DNA of 64,000 nt from positions 2,016 to 66,015 of IMG/VR virus record IMGVR_UViG_3300043449_000843; one strand, given 5' to 3'. The first letter of the stretch is position 1, and every line of letters begins with the position of its first letter. Source of the DNA: a virus. Its lineage: Duplodnaviria; Caudoviricetes. Under the pieces are notes generated by a model. That model saw nothing but the letters and a program-made list of their open reading frames with translations. It was not told the DNA's origin and ran no database searches. A program made the translations under genes and the position numbers. This document shows, piece by piece, positions 61,052-64,000 of the stretch.

Positions 61052-61566
61052 TTTCAGAATATCCTAGTGGCTCACTTCTAGCTTGGCGCCCTAGTAGTCT
61101 TATCGGACATACTATATGCTGGCTTACGAAAAGCGAATACAGTCATGTTGGTATCTTATGGAAATTTCATAGAAGGTACTATGTGTTAGAAGCAATCTGG
61201 AACAGTGGGGTACGAGTAAGATTACTACAAGAAGACTTGCCTGTAATTGTTATTCCTACAGGTATTAAATGGACTGACGAAGTTGAAGGATGTGCGGTAC
61301 GTAAATTAGGTCGTATGTATCATTTTCTTGATGCATTAAGAGTTGGGTTCAACATAAATCCACATATCTATGATAGTGAAATTTGCTCACATTATGTTGC
61401 GCACGTTTTTCATAAAGCAGGAATGCCTATACCTGATAATAAGCCATTGAAACCTGACGATGTTGTAAAGTTTGTATTAGAGAGAAACGGTGGTAAACAA
61501 GAGTTTATTACATCTATTGAGGAAAGAAAAGGCATTAAAGGCTGGTGGGATTGGTGGAAGGTATAA
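61048..61566 (+). CDS. Permuted papain-like (YaeF/YiiX, NlpC/P60-related) amidase/peptidase
   Basis: YSHVGI (His) precedes EICSHYVAHVF (Cys), the circularly permuted catalytic order; LEA and LGRMY motifs are also present. Confidence 0.75.
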   Translation: MISEYPSGSLLAWRPSSLIGHTICWLTKSEYSHVGILWKFHRRYYVLEAIWNSGVRVRLLQEDLPVIVIPTGIKWTDEVEGCAVRKLGRMYHFLDALRVGFNINPHIYDSEICSHYVAHVFHKAGMPIPDNKPLKPDDVVKFVLERNGGKQEFITSIEERKGIKGWWDWWKV

Positions 61567-62655
61567 ATGTTTAAGTTTGAAAATCTTAATGCGTTACAAT
61601 TTGAAATAACAACACGATGCCAAGCGTCGTGTCCTATGTGCATGAGAAATGTGTATGGTGGATTAGACAATTCCTATCTAATACTTGACGAATGGACATT
61701 GGTTGAATTTAAGCAGATAATTACGCCGGAGGTATTAGAAAAAATAACTCATATTATGTTTTGCGGTCAGTACGGCGATCCACTTCTTAGTCAGCATTTA
61801 GTAGGAATTTGTAATTACATTAAAGAGACTAATCCAGAAACTACATTAGTAATACACACTAATGGCAGTCTTCGCAGCGAAGATTGGTGGAGAGATTTTG
61901 TTAATGCTTTACCAAGAAAACATAATTTAGTGGTTGGTATAGATGGAATTGATCAAGAAACGCATGTTAAGTATAGAATTGGTACAAATTACGATAAGAT
62001 TATATCAAATGTAAAAGCATTTATTAGTAATGGTGGAATAGTTACTTGGGATTATATAAGATTTAAGCATAATGAACATCAAGTCGATGCTGCTCGCAAA
62101 TTTGCAAACGAAATAGGATGCAAATCTTTTGCAGTTAAAGATACATCTAGATTTATAAATGGAGAACCTTACCCAGTTAAAGACAAACAAGGAAACATAC
62201 TGTATTATTTAGAGCCTGCAACAAATACACAATCTGGTTTTGTAACTCCTTATATAATTGAAAACTATAAACAGATTGTTGAAACTACTACTGTAGATTG
62301 TTACGCAAAACAATTTAGAAGAGTATATCTAGACGCATCAAAGCGTGTTTTTCCTTGTGCTATGCATGGGACTACAATCAATCCTAGTCCTATGTATGAC
62401 GATATTCTAGATCCTTTACGACAAGAAGCAGTTAGGGAAACACAGGAAATTTTTAAGAATATAAACAATGATGCCACCCAACAGTCACTTAAGGAAATAA
62501 TCGATTCTGATGAGTGGCAGGTTATTTGGAGCCAATACGCTAACAATGAAAAGAAGTGTATTACATGCACTAAGAATTGTGGAAATTTTGATAAGAGTGT
62601 ATTGACAAGATTTTGTGATGAAGATATTGAAAGAACGCCTATTAATTATAATTAA
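61567..62655 (+). CDS. Radical SAM enzyme with C-terminal SPASM/twitch-like cysteines
   Basis: CQASCPMC (CxxxCxxC), GQYGDP, HTNG and GIDG motifs; C-terminal C...PC...CITCTKNC. Confidence 0.9.
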   Translation: MFKFENLNALQFEITTRCQASCPMCMRNVYGGLDNSYLILDEWTLVEFKQIITPEVLEKITHIMFCGQYGDPLLSQHLVGICNYIKETNPETTLVIHTNGSLRSEDWWRDFVNALPRKHNLVVGIDGIDQETHVKYRIGTNYDKIISNVKAFISNGGIVTWDYIRFKHNEHQVDAARKFANEIGCKSFAVKDTSRFINGEPYPVKDKQGNILYYLEPATNTQSGFVTPYIIENYKQIVETTTVDCYAKQFRRVYLDASKRVFPCAMHGTTINPSPMYDDILDPLRQEAVRETQEIFKNINNDATQQSLKEIIDSDEWQVIWSQYANNEKKCITCTKNCGNFDKSVLTRFCDEDIERTPINYN

Positions 62656-63488
62656 TAAGCATTCTTAATTCCCCATTCTCTTTCTTGACACCAAAAGCAC
62701 TTTCCACAGGTAGGAACTTCCATGCCAGGTGTATATGTTTTATAATCAAGGTTACCGAACACTTCCGGGTATTCAACTTTATCACCCTCACAACTTCTAG
62801 TCATATCAAACAAGTCCATAATTCCAAATTCTTGGTAACGCCCAACTATCCAATCCTTCTGCACAAATCGGAAAGGATGAGCAGTAACAATATGATCTCC
62901 CATGCGATAATACTTTATTGCATAATCAAAATGCTCAACAATATCATGTGAAGTTAAGTTTCTAACGTCAAGTGCTAATGTAATGTTAGGATCATTAGGG
63001 TTCATTGTAGTAGCATTGTAGAATGCATCAAACTTTTCATGGAAGCCTACGTATTCTGCAAACGAACGCATAACAAGAACATCACCGTATTCTTCCTCAC
63101 CATACTCGTTTAGTACAAGGGTAGGACCGTTGTTTTTCCATTCAAGATCTGGTGGAATAAATCCTGGATGTCTCTTAAACTTTATATTTGGGAAATGATT
63201 AACCATCCAGTTGTAAACATTTAGGCTAACATCTTTTTGCCATGGACGTAACTTCCAAACTCTAACATGGGCTGTAACATGAACTGTAATGTCTAACTTA
63301 TGCTTTTCAATAAGAGAACATAAAAGGAAACAAAGCATAGTGCTATCAATGCCACCGGACATTGCTATACCTATATTTTTCCAGTTGTAATCTAGAGGTA
63401 TATACACACCAGAAACATTATGTATAATATCTTTAAATTCGCTCTTTTCGTACATTTCTCTTAATAATTCAAGATTTGCTTTTTCCAT
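62652..63488 (-). CDS. QueC-like PP-loop ATPase (7-cyano-7-deazaguanine synthase-like)
   Basis: SGGIDS PP-loop and TRSC...CGKCFWCQER zinc-binding motif. Confidence 0.75.
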   Translation of the reverse strand: MEKANLELLREMYEKSEFKDIIHNVSGVYIPLDYNWKNIGIAMSGGIDSTMLCFLLCSLIEKHKLDITVHVTAHVRVWKLRPWQKDVSLNVYNWMVNHFPNIKFKRHPGFIPPDLEWKNNGPTLVLNEYGEEEYGDVLVMRSFAEYVGFHEKFDAFYNATTMNPNDPNITLALDVRNLTSHDIVEHFDYAIKYYRMGDHIVTAHPFRFVQKDWIVGRYQEFGIMDLFDMTRSCEGDKVEYPEVFGNLDYKTYTPGMEVPTCGKCFWCQEREWGIKNAY

Positions 63489-63503
63489 TAGCTGTCTCCA
63501 AGA

Positions 63504-63534
63504 TATTTATAGCAGCATATTATTACAATAAATA
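63504..63534. promoter_or_regulatory. Divergent late promoter pair
   Basis: TATAAATA on the minus strand (63504-63511) and AATAAATA on the plus strand (63527-63534). Confidence 0.65.
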
Positions 63535-63538
63535 TTTC

Positions 63539-64000
63539 ATGATTAGAGAAACCATTTATTCCGTTGATTTACAAGATCTCAAAGAAGCAGAGAAGGTTAT
63601 TCCAACAGCAGGTAGAACAACAATTAATAAGCCAATTAGTAGTTATTTTTATGATGAGTGGGAATTAAAGGAAGATTATAAAGGAACTATTTGGGAAAAG
63701 ATCTATAACTCTCTGCCGTTTCCAAAAGGTGAAGCAAGATTAATCACTTTAGATCGTGGTACTTGTTATTACAGCCATGCAGACATAGATGACAGATGGC
63801 ATTTAAATATATGTGGTAAACAAAGTTATCTAATTGACTTAGATAATCATGTTATGCATAGGGTTGAAGAAGACGGTATATGGTATGATATGGATGCAGG
63901 GCGTTTACACGTTGCATCAAACTTCGGAAGTGTTCCTAGAACACAATTAGTTGTTAGACAATTACTTACACATTGTAATTTGAAAGATTCTATTAAAGTA
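63539..64000 (+). CDS. 2OG-Fe(II) oxygenase, Asp/Asn beta-hydroxylase-like (3' truncated; absent from the ORF track)
   Basis: Manual translation gives MIRETIYSVD...ARLITLDRGTCYYSHADIDDRWHL...WYDMDAGRLHVASNFGSVPRTQLVV, with an HxD...H triad and a downstream Arg; the frame is open to the window end. Confidence 0.75.
   Translation, partial: MIRETIYSVDLQDLKEAEKVIPTAGRTTINKPISSYFYDEWELKEDYKGTIWEKIYNSLPFPKGEARLITLDRGTCYYSHADIDDRWHLNICGKQSYLIDLDNHVMHRVEEDGIWYDMDAGRLHVASNFGSVPRTQLVVRQLLTHCNLKDSIKV

Noticed and set aside
62652-63488. Assigning the gene symbol queC and a 7-deazaguanine DNA modification system
   Set aside because: Only the PP-loop and zinc motifs match, and the partner genes are not in the window.
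1-64000. Stop-codon reassignment (alternative genetic code)
   Set aside because: Genes are intact and tightly packed under the standard code, including a 4891-aa ORF, and TAA, TAG and TGA all terminate genes.

Overview
The window is a 64-kb stretch of a large, AT-rich, T4-like (Tevenvirinae-related/'far-T4' type) myovirus genome read with the standard genetic code. It holds most of the virion morphogenesis region. In order: neck (gp14-like) and tail terminator (gp15-like) genes, a NUDIX hydrolase, a minus-strand head operon (tape measure, portal, PAAR, core, protease, scaffold, major capsid, collagen-like fibre), a divergent hub/tail chaperone pair, and a minus-strand gp55-like sigma/gp47/gp46/Hc1-like/GIY-YIG operon. 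Next comes a long plus-strand baseplate and fibre operon that includes a 4891-aa protein, then a cluster of modifying enzymes (four glycosyltransferase-like proteins, a methyltransferase, a permuted papain-like amidase, a radical SAM enzyme, a QueC-like ATPase and a 2OG-Fe(II) oxygenase). The most notable unexplained signals are four: (i) a ~390-nt densely base-paired non-coding element with a pseudoknot, directly after the GIY-YIG gene; (ii) a -1 slippery site fusing the gp26-like chaperone to the next ORF; (iii) a probable ATT start codon for the tail terminator; (iv) a putative late-expressed virion glycosylation/modification system with a GPT-repeat collagen-like candidate substrate. Family assignments come from motif recognition and gene context only; no database searches were run.
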